Shown piece after piece: positions 14,756 to 28,503 of a stretch of 64,000 bases of DNA. The notes under the pieces are model-generated. The model saw only the letters and a list, made by a program, of their open reading frames with translations. It had not been told where the DNA came from and searched no databases. The DNA is taken from the NCBI GenBank assembly GCA_012295275.1, contig CM022679.1:1550001-1614000 (forward strand). Direction: 5' to 3'. The DNA is from Chrysomallon squamiferum. Lineage: Eukaryota > Animalia > Mollusca. The position numbers were made by a program, and so were the translations under genes. How positions within the stretch are numbered: position 1 is the stretch's first letter; each line of letters begins with the position of its first letter.

Positions 14756-16349
14756 AACGACAACAAGAATATGATAAAATTCAAATAAACCAAAAACACC
14801 ATTTTAAAATAGTTACTGTTATTAGGAGTCTGATATCTAAGTAAAAGTTATATTTACTTAAGGTTCACCCCCCCCTTCCTTAAATTTAGATACGCCCTTA
14901 ATGCGTGACTGAACAAGAAAGAATCAGGTATTAAGAATTAGCCGCAGACATGTGTAACTCCGATGTCTGAAGTTTATAATGAATGCTCAGCATTCGTCTG
15001 ATTTTAGTAGAAGATACCCATTCAGTATTACAGCTTATAATGTCCTCCACACAAATAAAAATAATAAAAATTAAACTAACGTAGCGTGCAGACTAATTGT
15101 ATTTTTTTATAACTGCAAATTTTTGTTTCTTTTCATTTCAAAGTGTAATTACGGTGGCTTAATAAATGTATTTGTTTAAGTGTGGTGTGTTTGTGTGTCT
15201 GTCTCTCGGTGTGTGTTTCTGTGTACATTTGTCTGTCTGTGTTTTGTTTCTAAATGTTCAAATGTATTTTTAATTTTTCGGGGTGATGTTGGTGTTTATT
15301 TTGAAATGTTAACTGCTATTGTTTTTGTTTGTGTTTTTTTTTTTTTGTTGTCTGGTTGTTGTTGTTTATTTTTTATTATTATTTTTTTAATATAATGAAC
15401 GTGGTAAATAGTAAATATAATCAACCTGCATTTTATAAAAGTGTCGCGTTAGTCGAGGGATATTACAGCAAGAACACCTTTTTATTATTATTATTATTCC
15501 TGTTAATAAACAACCTCTCCTCTGTACACGATGAAGACACAGGTAAATGATATAACACTTATTTTAACATTATAATGTTAAGCATGGCAGATAATTCCAC
15601 AGGTCAGTCGAAGGCTGCTACACGTTGAATTTTCATTAGAAGGTAAGAGAAATTAGTTGTAAATTTTCACTCGACAGACTGTATTCAAACATAGGCGATA
15701 ACCTGTAACCAGTGGCGGATCTACATTGTAAGGGTCATTACCAGCAATGCCGTTTATTCTTTCTCTTCTTCTTCTTTTTGTTTTAATGTTTTTGTGGGTT
15801 GGGGTGAGGGAGCGTATTCCTTCACCTCTCTACTGAAGTAATGGTTTCCAGATTACAGTGATTTTCATGATATATCGTCAACAATTTTTAGATCGGTTAA
15901 TTTGCTAAATTGAGATGCGGAAGAAGAAAAAGAAACTCTTTATAGAACACACCTTTTCTTTTATTTATCTTAAAAGTACATAGCAGTTTGATTTATGGAA
16001 CGTATCCAGTGACAGACATTAATACCTTCATCAGGAAATAGGAATCGAAGCCTTCATGATGATATTTTAATTTTATATAGATACACCTGTAAATGTAATA
16101 CGATCTTTAATGTACTTTCTCTCATCTCCCGATCAATAACACTAGACATATCACCAGTTATTTTAGACGTTTTACTATTATTATTATTTTTATAATATGC
16201 CGTTTGCACTCATTTTAAATAAAAATAATAATCATGCTATACAGTATTTTGATTACACATCTGACATTTTTGCTGGTGTTTTTATTTTTAAGAAGTTTAT
16301 CTTGTTCAGCTGGTGATGAGATAAAGAAAGAAAGATGATGAAAAACAAT

Positions 16350-16530
16350 CTCTGACACTCAGTCTGAACAGACTTTGACAAAACACGTCACTGTTCACCT
16401 TGTGTCTGTCTACCTGGCCGGCTTAGATCAAACACATTTACCTGTACTAATGACTTTGCATCAAAGCTAGGTAATTGTTTCATGTTTATGAGATTTTCTA
16501 ACACTTTCTTTTGTTCTGTGAGTCTTTCAG
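16350..16530 (+). repeat. Interspersed element, copy A (inverted partner at 25494-25680)
   Basis: Shares ctttgacaaaacacgtcactgttcaccttgtg, ctttgcatcaaagctaggtaattg and ctttcttttgttctgtgagtctttcag with the reverse complement of 25494-25680. Confidence 0.85.
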
Positions 16531-16629
16531 TTAAACACAGAGCCATTAACTTCGATATTTGTCAGTCCTGTCCATCGATCGGTCAGCCCAACCTTAAATC
16601 TGCGCAGTTCACACCCACTCGCTTCCTGC

Positions 16630-17170
16630 CTGTCTATCAGTCTGACTGTGTGTCTGTCTGTCTGTCTATCTATAAGTCTGTCTGTCTGTCTGTCTGTCTG
16701 TCTATGAGTCTGTCTGTCTGTCTGTCTGTGTGTGTCTGTTTGTGTGTCTGTCTATCTATCTGTCTGTGTGACTGTCTATCTATCAGTCTGTGTGTGTCTG
16801 TCTGTCTGTCTGCCTATCTATCAATCTGTCTGTGTGTCTGTCTGTCTGTCTATCTATCAGTCTGTCTGTGTGTCTGTGTGTCTGTCTGTCTGTGTCTGCC
16901 TGTCTATCAGTCTGTCTGTGTGTCTGTCTGTCTATCTATCTGTCTGTCTGTGGTCTGTGTGTCTGTATGTGTGTCTGTCTGTCTGTGTCTGTCTATCTAT
17001 CAGTCTGTATGTGTGTCTGTCTGTGTGTTTGTCTGTCTATCTATCAGTCTGTCTATCTATCTATCAGTCTGTCTGTGTGTCTGTATATCTGTCGGTCTGT
17101 GTCTGTCTATCTATCTATCTGTCTGTGTGTCTGTCTGTCTGTCTGTCATCCTGACTGTCTCTCTGTCACA
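16630..17170. repeat. Compound (TCTG/TCTA/TGTG)n microsatellite
   Basis: Directly visible; it explains the spurious ORFs at 16482-17261. Confidence 0.95.
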
Positions 17171-17401
17171 GAAAACACAACATAACTATTTTATAGAACT
17201 GTCCACAGACCTGTACGTCTGGATGACTATTTTCGCAGACTGTGTCTATCTACCTGTCTAAATGTATGTTAATCTATCTGTCTATTTTCCTGTCTCTTTA
17301 CCTTTTTGTCTCTCTCTCTGTCTCTCTATCTATATACCTAAATAGCTAGCTATTAGTCTCTTCATTTCTTTATCTTACCTATCTATATATCTATCTATCT
17401 A

Positions 17402-17443
<42 letters not shown>

Positions 17444-18675
17444 TAGACATACACACACACCAAAACGATTCTTTTTTGCATTTGATGTTATCATTTGCAA
17501 CTGTCAATTTAATATATTGAATTTTCGCTAATTTATTTTATTTTAATCCATTAATAAAATGAAATTAATTTCGTGCTAATAAACAGAACGTGGCTTGTAT
17601 CTGACTGTGAAAGTTTTTTAAATATAACATAAAAAAAAAAAATATATTACCGGGGTCACCTATAAGAAGAATACTTTACGGATGAATCTTGGCCTCGGTT
17701 CTCTCTCAATGTGAACTGATTAACAATCATCCTCTGACATTGGTGTTAGAATATTAAAAGTGCAGCACAGACAATGACACGCGTTTGTCTTGACCTGAAT
17801 ATTAACGACATTCATCTCTTGTCTTCTTGAGAGTTTCTCTCGGATTAACCTCGCTGTTCATCTCATGATAACAGAGAGCACGAAGCACATTTCTCTGTCT
17901 CTCTCCACAAACCAGCCTCCAGTGTCTTCTTCAAGCAGATTATTTCCATTGATTTCACGACATCTTCACAACGTTATTTGTCGTTTCAGAGGATTTGCTT
18001 TTCTGCTTTGTCTGTTTGATGTCCGGTTGTCCCCTGGCTCGTCCGCGTTTTTTATTCTGTTTACTGGTCCGAGTTTTTAATCGTGTTCGTTTTCTACCTG
18101 CTCGTTCTGTCGTTTAGCACAGTTCCTTGCTGTGCAGGCGCTGGTATGTTTATGTGTACTACTTCCGTTTCGATAAAACTAGTGAGAAACCGCCGAGGTT
18201 CCATGATCTCTCCTTCGCGACACACCATTACGTTAGTTTCACACTTTGCCATTTCTCTGCGATTCATAAACTCAGCCTGTTCTGATCGCACTATTGTTTA
18301 GATTTAGACATTACGTAAAATTATACAGGGGTTTGCAAGTCCCGTCTCAAGAGCATTACAGGCCCCCGGGCAGAGCAGTATACTAAGTCCACACCCTCAC
18401 AGACTCTCGCAGGAATAAAAATGTAAATAGTCGATAAAATGTCTATGTCCACTTGTTATCATACAAATTTACATTAGTATTGTTCAGTATCTTTAGTAAA
18501 ACATGCTAAATATACATTCTTTAATAAGAAACATTTACAGTTTAGTACAGTACAGTATTTATTTATTTACTTACAGTAAGTTGTAACATATATAGATTAT
18601 CATGTTACCAGCGTGCCCGTGCGTTATGATGGCCCTAGATGTGTGAATAGAATTAGTTTTTTTTTATATTGACGT

Positions 18676-18890
18676 GTGTGTATCTGTGTGCGCCAAAACG
18701 TGCGTGTTTGACTGTGTATCTGTGTGCGCCAAAACGTGCGTGTTTGACTGTGTATCTGTGTGCGCCAAAACGTGCGTGTTTGACTGTGTGTGTGTGTGCG
18801 CCAAAACGTGCGTGTTTGACTGTGTATCTGTGTGCGCCAAAACGTGCGTGTTTGACTGTGTATCTGTGTGCGCCAAAACGTGCGTGTCTA
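18676..18890. repeat. 36-bp minisatellite, 6 near-identical copies (TGTGTATCTGTGTGCGCCAAAACGTGCGTGTTTGAC)
   Basis: Directly visible; it produces the 12-aa periodic ORFs. Confidence 0.95.
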
Positions 18891-19018
18891 ACTGGGTCTA
18901 TGACATTGCCGTCTACAGTTTTCTTGTAGGTTTTTCCTTCTGTTATTTTATTTTTATTTTTTATTAGTTATTTATTTATTTATTTGATTTATTTATTTAT
19001 TTATTACTATCATTAACA

Positions 19019-19052
<34 letters not shown>

Positions 19053-20310
19053 GATTATTATTATATTATTATTACTATCATCATCATCATCATCATTTTC
19101 ATCATCATATATTTTGTTTTGAGATTTTTCTTTCTTCTTTTTCTTTTTTTTCTTTTTTTTTTTTTAATTTTTTCTTCTTATTTTTTAATGTTCTTTCTCG
19201 GTTAAGCTGGGGACACTCGATTATTTATTGTCATTTAATTGTCTGCTTCAGTGATCATTGAAATAATCGATTGTTATATTAATGTAATAAATTTTATCTT
19301 TTCACACCACAGCCCGCACACTCTCTTGTCACAGTCGAGTTTGAGACCAAAACAAAAATAAAATCTTACACTACAAAACTATAAAGTACAGTCGATTATA
19401 ATGCAGTGTATTTGTCTCAGTGTGTTTATATAGGCATTAGTGCATGTATGCATACACATATAAGCTTTTATTCATACATCCGCTTATAATAATTAAATAT
19501 GTGTTTGTGTGTATATAAACACATATATTTATGTACATATGTGCATACATCATTCATGTATTCATATGTATATACATTAATTAATATACATTTGCGAATG
19601 CATATACAAAAAAATATGTATATGTACACGTATGTATAGACACATAGAGAAACAGCTACACACACCAAACGAGTTTAAAGAAGCATTCAAACAAACAAAC
19701 AAACATACACATGTAAGACTAAGAAATGGACGAAGACGTCATTAAGAGCCTCTCTAGTGAACTCTCGTTTGTTCGTATTTGTTACAGCAGTCGTATCTGT
19801 ACCATACTTTAACTGAATCAAAATTTCCTCTGCACCATTTTGTTTCCGTCATCAAAGCAACGGAAAACATTAAATTGGACTTTCTTCCATTCGACTCGCA
19901 CCGGAAGCTTTTCAAAAGAAGTTGGCATTTCCGGTTCCGGTCATCGACACAGAGGTACGCTGGGATGTTGTCACGTTTAGACAGCGGCTGCCGACGTCAG
20001 ACGAGATTAGTTTATCAAGACACATCCGGGTATTAGCAGAGAAGTCACGTTCACTTGGACTGAAAATAAGCCTCGATTGTCCAATACGTTTAGCTGGTTC
20101 ATTAATTCTCGGCGAGAAGTTCAGTTATCGTGTTATTCTTGTTATCGTTTTGTCTAGTGATTTGCATGTTTCTCATCAGACGGGTTATTTATCAAGCTTC
20201 AAAGTAAAATATACTAACGTATTTAATATGAAATATAAAAAAATTCTGTTACTACTAATACTGCCTCTGCAATTACAACTACTACTGCTATTAGTAGAAT
20301 TATTATGATA

Positions 20311-20367
<57 letters not shown>

Positions 20368-20476
20368 GTTTTATATTATTCAGGCTTGCAAATTCATTTC
20401 GAAGCTCATACCGTCATGCTTTTTAAAAAAATAATTAATGTTACTATTTCTACTTGTTTTTTAAATAATATTAATA

Positions 20477-20596
<120 letters not shown>

Positions 20597-22591
20597 TTTT
20601 CTTTTTCAGCGTTTTCCTTTTTACCTTTTTGTTCAAACTTTTTAATTTCTACACTGAAATAGATTCCTTTCAGGTTAAGACATTTCGAATGAGGACTTCA
20701 AATGTTTCAGAAACGTCTGCACTCAGTCACCCCTATACAACCCCCCTCCCACATTCTGTTTGTCACCGAATTAGAATACAAACAGTAAAAAAGATGGATC
20801 TGAACAGAAGATTAAAGAGATAAATAAAAGGGGGTGGTTCGTCTTAGACAGGAAGTCTAATCAAAAATCAAAACGGCAGAAAGACGCAGAAAAGGATTGT
20901 AAATATAATAATGTTCATGATTTTTGTCTTTGAATAAAGGTCGTAGAATTTCAGAATTTGATAACATGTAAGAGAGACTAGGTACTATTCGGAAATTGAA
21001 TTCTATATATATGTTTTTTTATCGATTTAATTAAAATATGAACCTTTGCAGATCGTTTTATTATCCACTTCTAAAGAATTTCAGAAAAAAATAATAATAA
21101 AAATAAAATAAACAGACCTTTGTAAAAGTTAAAAATTAATTCATTTTGAATGTGAATACATTTTATTTTGAATCTTATTCCTAACTTTCCATTTTTATAA
21201 TTATTATTCTACGAAAAAAGAAATCACTAGTATTTATATGTGGAACAAATCAGGTTCAGAAGACATGTCCTAACTCTCATCAGTGTTATCACGATTATTA
21301 TCATAATCACCATACATACCATTACCATCTCTGATGTCATCGACATAAGTAGTAGTAATGTATATTACAGGGTACACACCTACCAACATATATACATACA
21401 TACAGACATTAACATACAGACATTAACATACAAACACACACATACAAACATGCACATACAAACACACACACACACATACACATACATACTTGTGCACTTT
21501 TAGCGTTCCATTGTTGTGACAACATAGCGATAATAAATAAAATAAATATAAGAAATAAATAGCAATATGAAAGTGTAGCTATTTTCGAAATCAAACGTAA
21601 GCATGTATGTCTAGACATACATATATGTGGGTATATAAGTACTCACTTTACAAACTTACATAATAAATACATATATTACATGTTTGAAATACGTAATGCA
21701 GACTAATAAATGATTTTAGAGTGATATAATGAACAGTTAAACACATTTAAATAACAAATAAAAACAATTCAGAATTTTTACGTTTCAAAGTACATTTTTA
21801 TCATTATTAAAATAATTAAGAAATTCTGGGCTTGCATGTGTGTATGTATGTAAGCATGATTTATATATGTGTGTATGTGCATATGTATACATGTATCTAT
21901 GCATGTGTGTACCCCCAAAACAAAACAAAAGAAAAAGTAAAAGCACGTTGAATTATATATAAAAGATGTCATTATGGAAACGTATGTTCATTGGTTTGTT
22001 TATTCATACATAAACCAGTCAAAAGTACAATATAGCAGCAACAAGAAAAGAAATAATTTAAAAATAATAATAATAATACAAAGCAAAAGAAAGTGGAAAA
22101 AAGTATAAATAAATAAATAAATAAATAAATAATAATAATATATAAACAAATTAATTAAAAAGACGTGTGTGAAATTACATAATAGAAGGCATTATTTCAC
22201 CTGTTATGTATTTTTTTCTTACATACGCTTAAAATAATTACATTATATCATAAATATATATTGCTCTAAATTTGATTTCATGTGTTTATTACAGCTTATT
22301 ATGAAACTAAAAATAATTATCTTTTATAATAATTCACTGGGATTATGTTTTCTGATGAACAACTATTTTCAATTTTGATTTCCTATAAAAAATTAAATCT
22401 TTAATTTATGCCTAATTTATTTTCACACTTACGTCTATCGTCATGTGTAAGCTACTATGAAACTGCGGAAAGCTGTTAATGTAATTATAACGTCTTCTGG
22501 ATTTACGTTTTTTACATGTTGTTGATAGGCAGGTGGCTGGACGTAATTTGAAGCCGAAGGCGCTGTCGTACTTCCTGTCTGTTCAACAGGT

Positions 22592-22886
22592 TCACCGGAA
22601 GACGTCGCCATTCCTGATTACGTGTCGTCTGCTCACGGTCGCCATTTTCCGGACGCCGGTGAAGTAAGCTTGGGTTTGAGGGACTTCGTAGTGCACCGTG
22701 GCACGCTGTACGACATGGCCGAAGCTTATGTGACTTTTCGTATTGGCAGCGACAACGATTCCAAATATGATGGCGAGGACTGAACTGATGGCGTTAAGAG
22801 AAAACGACCAAGATAAATGTGCTGTATCTGTCACTGGAATAAACTTCAAGATGCCACCATTCCAAACAGTACGTCGCCGATACATC
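22592..22886 (-). CDS. Probable terminal exon of a claudin/PMP22/EMP-like tetraspan membrane protein; upstream exons not found, so possibly a pseudogene fragment
   Basis: Acceptor tctctgtcttttag|G, then MYRRRTVWNGGILKFIPVTDTAHLSWSFSLNAISSVLAIIFGIVVAANTKS... The LSWSF.L motif followed by a hydrophobic helix resembles the last TM of that superfamily. The block is compositionally complex and GC-richer than its surroundings. Confidence 0.42.
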
Positions 22887-22931
22887 CTAAAAGACAGAGA
22901 ATATTCAGTCCAAAAATACACAAACACACAA

Positions 22932-23006
<75 letters not shown>

Positions 23007-23144
23007 TGCACACATGCTATAATCAATTTCTGATCTACTGAGACACAATTATGGTGATAAAAAAACTGATGATGTTTTGTTGTTAGCAATTATCTCTAAC
23101 CATAAGCAGCTTACTTCTGTATCTGGCTTCATTTTCTTACACAA

Positions 23145-23420
23145 CACATCTTCGTAAAGCCGCGTTAACACTGTGTCACTCATACTAACAACCTGTAGCT
23201 CGTTTTCTTATTAACAAACATAAAGCCGTGTTCTCACTGTCTAACTTAGAGTAACAACTTGTAGTTTATTTTATTATAAACAAGACATCTTCATAAAGCC
23301 GCGTTAATAACAGTTTTTAGCTCATTTTCTTATTATACAACATAAAGCTGTGTTTTCACTGACTAACTTATGATAACAACTTGTAGTTTATTTTATTATT
23401 ATACGAGACATCTTTATAAG
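23145..23420. repeat. Degenerate tandem duplication (about 120-140 bp, two or more copies)
   Basis: Repeated blocks acatcttcRtaaagccgcgttaa and taacaacttgtagtttattttatta. Confidence 0.75.
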
Positions 23421-24339
23421 GTAGTTATAGTAGTAATACTATCAACGGTTGTTATTTTTAGTGACAGTTGTAAAAATTCTCGCTTCACTCACTGAGTGGT
23501 TCATTTAAACTGTTTAAGATGTCGTAGTTGTGGTAGTGAAGCCGACACACACGTCAACGACTCGAGTTCACCGAGTTCAAATCTGTGACGGAAGTAAAGA
23601 AAATGATTGCATTATTTCAAGCCACAGTTCGTTGAATTTCGCCAGACAACACGACAGGGAGATTTAACTACAAATTAAGACTTTATTAATTTCATTTCAG
23701 GACTGGTTATCGAATTACATTCACCCGTAGGACGTGTATCTTTTCATGCAATAAGTGCCACGTTTATCAGTGATTTCACAGTTCGGTTGTCCCGGTTGAA
23801 AAGCGGGACGAGCCATCACGTGATCGGCAACCTAAATTTGAATATAGTGAGTCTTTCTTTTATTACTGTTGCGTTTGTGTAATCAGCTGTTTTCTCACAC
23901 TGATACAACAATACATTTACACTTCCAGGCCACGCAAATCCGTATGTCGATGATTTACTGGAAGGAAATAAAAAAAATAATAATTCAGAAAATAAAATGT
24001 TATATTAACAAGAATGATTTGTATTTAAATAGATATGTATATACAAAGACTATCTTACGTAGATACAGGTAAAGGCGCATTCGTAAAGACATGTAAAATA
24101 ACGCAAAGAAGAAGAAGAAAAATGAAGAGGAAGAGGATTAGCTGTCTTATTTAAGTCTAATCTTGTCGTCTAACTGCTAACAACACAACAGAATTACAAC
24201 CACGTGAGCTAATATACCACATGCTTTTCGTTCCTTTAATTTAATTTTATTATTTGTTTATTTTATTTTATTTTCCGAACTGTGAAAAGATTTTCAGAGA
24301 AACCTCTCGCCTTTTATCAGATTATCTTATAAACAGGAC

Positions 24340-24385
<46 letters not shown>

Positions 24386-24829
24386 TGACACGCTTTGCTC
24401 CTTCCACAGAAAGGAGAGATTTTCCGAACCCGTTGGCAAATTCAATTTCCTCCATAAATTCCGTTAACAAAGTATGTAACGTTTTCTTTTTTTTTTCCCC
24501 CTCGTTTCATCTTCTTTTTTGGACAGCCAAAGGCGAAACAAGCGTTGGTAAATTATGAGATTTTCGTCAAATGCGTTAATGTAAAGTTTGGTAACAGGCA
24601 GCCAATTTATCTTGAATTCAGAAAATGAAAACCTTTCTGTTTTTTTACAAAATAAAGTAGCTTTTTTTCTTTTTTAAATCACATTACAATGTTTCAAAAG
24701 GTCCTAATATATTTTCTCTAATCAAGTTAGAAAGTCTGGATAGGTTTTTTGATTTTCCATTCCTTATTTTTTTTTTTTTTTTTTTTTAATTTTAATTTTT
24801 TTTTTTTTTTATTGTTTTTTTTTTATTAT

Positions 24830-24868
<39 letters not shown>

Positions 24869-24935
24869 CTCTTTTGTTTTATTTTATTTTATTGTATTTT
24901 GTGAAGTGCTTTTTAATATTTTTATATTCGCTGAT

Positions 24936-24986
<51 letters not shown>

Positions 24987-25310
24987 TTTTTTTTTTTTTT
25001 TTTTTTTTGAATGACACTGATTTGCCAGAATTATTTTGCAATGTTTATATTTGTTTTTACTTCTTTTTTTCTGACTATCTGTCTGTCAGTATTTTTGTCC
25101 GACTGCTTATGTTTCTTATCTATCTCTGCATTAATTTATCTTCTCCTTCTTTTTCTTCTTATTATTTATTTTTTTATTTATTTGTATTTTTTCATAGAAT
25201 CGTCAACCTATCATTCGGTTAAAAGTCAGAATAAAATCTGAGAAAAGTTTAAGCAAATGAAGAAACAGTAAATAGTTAACACTCAATTATGCAGTATATG
25301 TGAGTGTGTA

Positions 25311-25437
<127 letters not shown>

Positions 25438-25493
25438 CAAACGAAAAGATAAAACGATGGATTGAAAAATAGAGAAACTGGAAGAGAGGAGAT

Positions 25494-25680
25494 CTGAAAG
25501 ACTCACAGAACAAAAGAAAGTTTTAGGACGTCTCATAAACGAGAATCAATTACCTAGCTTTGATGCAAAGTTTTAGAACGTCTCATAAACGAGAATCAAT
25601 TACCTAGCTTTGATGCAAAGCCCAGGTAAGTCACAAGGTGAACAGTGACGTGTTTTGTCAAAGGTTGTTCACACTGAGAG
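25494..25680 (-). repeat. Interspersed element, copy B, with an internal 50-bp tandem duplication (about 25517-25620)
   Basis: Reverse complement of copy A; aaagttttagRacgtctcataaacgagaatcaattacctagctttgatgc is present twice. Confidence 0.85.
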
Positions 25681-26515
25681 AGTAAGTGGTCGTTTTTCTT
25701 CATTTTCGTTTCCATTTAACATGAAACAAAACATTTTATTAACAATTGAAAAAACAGATATAATAACTTAAGAAGACAGATATATCAACCTAAAAACAAA
25801 TAGTACTACTTAAAAAGCGTCATCCAAAAAAAAAAAAAATTATAAACGTTTAATTGGAACGATGTAGCAGATTATTATCTTATTTTAATATGTTTACTGC
25901 ACACTCACTTAAGTTCAGTAAATACATAATTCAAAACAAGAAGAAAGTATTTGTTTAAATCTCTACATACATTAATTTGTTCTTTTTCGTACCTTCGTGA
26001 ATTTTCAGTAATACACCTATACACTGAAAACACAAGCAACAGTAGCAACAACTCTACAACAACAACAATAATAACAGCTAAAACGAAAGATAATCAAATT
26101 CGAATTTATGCCTACATATATGTGTGCATTGTGTGTTTATATAGAGGTTAATTGATACCTATAGCCATGAATGTAGGCACGCACGTACACATATTCATAT
26201 ACATATAAATCTGGCCATATAATCATATCAACATCTGAAACTTATTTTTTCATAGGATTTCATTCACATTTAAATCACTGAGACAGACAGACACACAGAC
26301 AGTCAGAAATTTATAATGCACAACGGTTATTAGCATTTCCCCAATGGAAACAACTTTAGGGAAGCCATTCTATCACCCGGAAACACACGAACGATAACTC
26401 TAAACTCAATTATGCGAGGTTTGTGTAATATCTATGGTTGCCCTTTGTATGTCTTAATTAAGAATATCGAGATAAAAATTATAGATTGCTGCTATCTGAA
26501 TAACTCAAGAATATA

Positions 26516-26963
26516 CAGTGTCGGATTTAGCTACAAGCTAAATAAGCTACTGTTTGGAACCTCGTTAGTTTGGGTTTTATACTCATTTTTACCTGATGCC
26601 ACTAAATTTCCCGAGGTTATGTAGCGGCGTATCGCGTATAAAGAGAAGACTGCAGTACGTGCACATTAATGAAAATTATAATTATTTCAAAAATTACATT
26701 TAGGCATTGTTTCGATGGTAGCTATACTATATTATAACATATGATAGAGATTAAGCCAATCACATTATCAATATGTAATCACTAAGTACATACGTTTGAA
26801 AATAATTTGAATTATTCATTTCGCTATTAAATAATTAAAAGACATATATAGTTTCAAGATTTCTTAGATCAGCTGGTGTAAATTAAGAAAGTAAAAAATA
26901 AAAATAAAAAGCCTCCATAGCTTTATATAGCTTAGGGACTCACCAAGTCTAAATTCGGCAGTG
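26516..26963. mobile_element. Old non-autonomous DNA transposon (MITE-like), about 450 bp
   Basis: Imperfect TIRs CAGTGTCGGATTTAG (26516) and CTAAATTCGGCAGTG (26949-26963), 12/15 match, with subterminal AAGCTA/TAGCTT motifs. No intact TSD. Confidence 0.55.
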
Positions 26964-28463
26964 GGCATGTATAATTCATAACAGTCATCATTAGTTATAC
27001 TTATCAAGACTTAGATGTAAGAAAAACCAGCGGTGTTGATACGTGTTTCAAATATACACAAAGTTTTTATACCAGTATTCAGCTACAATTATTATCATTT
27101 AGACACCATGTATATGATGAATTATGGCACAATTGGCCAGTCATATTATCGGCACCAATAAAAAGATTTCGGGCGATATCCGGAAAAACACGAAAGAGAC
27201 CGGTGATTGCCAAACTGATTACGTGAAGAGCAATCTACTGTAAATTAAAAACGAGATGAAGTGTTGCTGCTGCAAGTAGAGTTAAACGTTATCCTCGAGG
27301 CGCGCAGTTTCAAGACGCTGAACACCGGGCAAGGCAAAATTTTTAATTATCAAAGTATCTTGGCCGATGTTGTTATATCTGCCTCAGCCCACGGCGCGTA
27401 AACTGCCCAGTCGCAACCCTCAGTAAACAGTCTTCAGTCCGCCAGTTACATTCCTTCCTAAACTACCTACAGTAAGCAGACAGCAGTGAGTTGTAATACC
27501 CAGTAAACTTGGCGAGAGTGTCCTGTAGCGGAGAACAGCTGAGATAGATACTTGGAAGGAAATCGCTGGTTCTTCTCCGGAGCTAGGTCTCTATCGTGTT
27601 CTGGAAAATCTTTGCCAGTCCTGCACGCTTGCCACTGATACTGGCTAGTACGTTCATTCAACAATAATTTTGGCTTTCCGTTCACTTAGCTCGGTCATTT
27701 TCGAGTTCACTAGTACCATTAAAACGTAAATATAGTTCTTGTACGTGTACATGGCAAAAGAAGAAAACCGAGTTCCCGATGATAAATTTCGGAAATCTTC
27801 GGGCATGTTTGATTCGACCTCAGTCTTGACGTAAAGGTCATCTGATTAACACCTGACAGCTTTTCATCGAGAAGCACGCGAGGGATCAGAATAAAAAGAA
27901 AAAAAAGAAAATGATATTATAAATGACCATTTTCATAATTATTTCCATTGGTATTAGCAACAAAACACGTCAAAAGCAGATTCAATTATCATCATCATCA
28001 TCTTCATTATTATTATTATTATTATTATTATTTTGTGTTTTTGTGTTTAAAAATGATTTTTATCTTACAAACCTGAGAAAAGCAATTATGTCCACAATAA
28101 ATAGTAGCAGGCACTCACGTCCTATAGGAACGAAGTCATCACTCCTAGAAGTCTCTATTAATGTTTTACTAAATTTACGAAGTTTGTTTTGACAAAATAT
28201 ACTTTAATTTCATTTTATTAGTAGTACAAGTAGTGCAAGTAGTAACTGTTATATTTTATAGCTGATACTGTGTATACCTTTTTTCTAAGTACATGAGAAT
28301 TAACCGACACCACATTGTAACAGGTGCCGGAAGGTTTGACAAACGATATATAAAATCAAAATAAAATATTCGAACTACATCATAACAATTTTATTTGCAA
28401 GTAAAAATACTATGATTTAGTTCAAATGTTGATATTGAATGTATATTTTATTATTATTAGTGT

Positions 28464-28503
<40 letters not shown>

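Noticed and set aside
15995-16040. Minus-strand CCTGATGAAGG...GGATACGTT resembling a Penelope-type hammerhead ribozyme (a similar CTGATGA lies near 5663)
   Set aside because: The GAAA core is not intact and stem II does not pair well; at best a dead relic.
17865-18301. Complex block with short ORFs on both strands, one signal-peptide-like
   Set aside because: The frames are interrupted by stops, the signal-like ORF starts at GTG, and there are no consistent splice sites or recognisable family.
19740-20200. GC-richer block with an acceptor-like tttgttacag and 85-128 aa ORFs
   Set aside because: No recognisable domain or partner exons; more likely regulatory or TE-derived.
24340-25010. Long poly-T and (TTA)n tracts as a possible retrocopy tail
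   Set aside because: No adjacent processed ORF or TSD; low complexity, possibly poor consensus quality.
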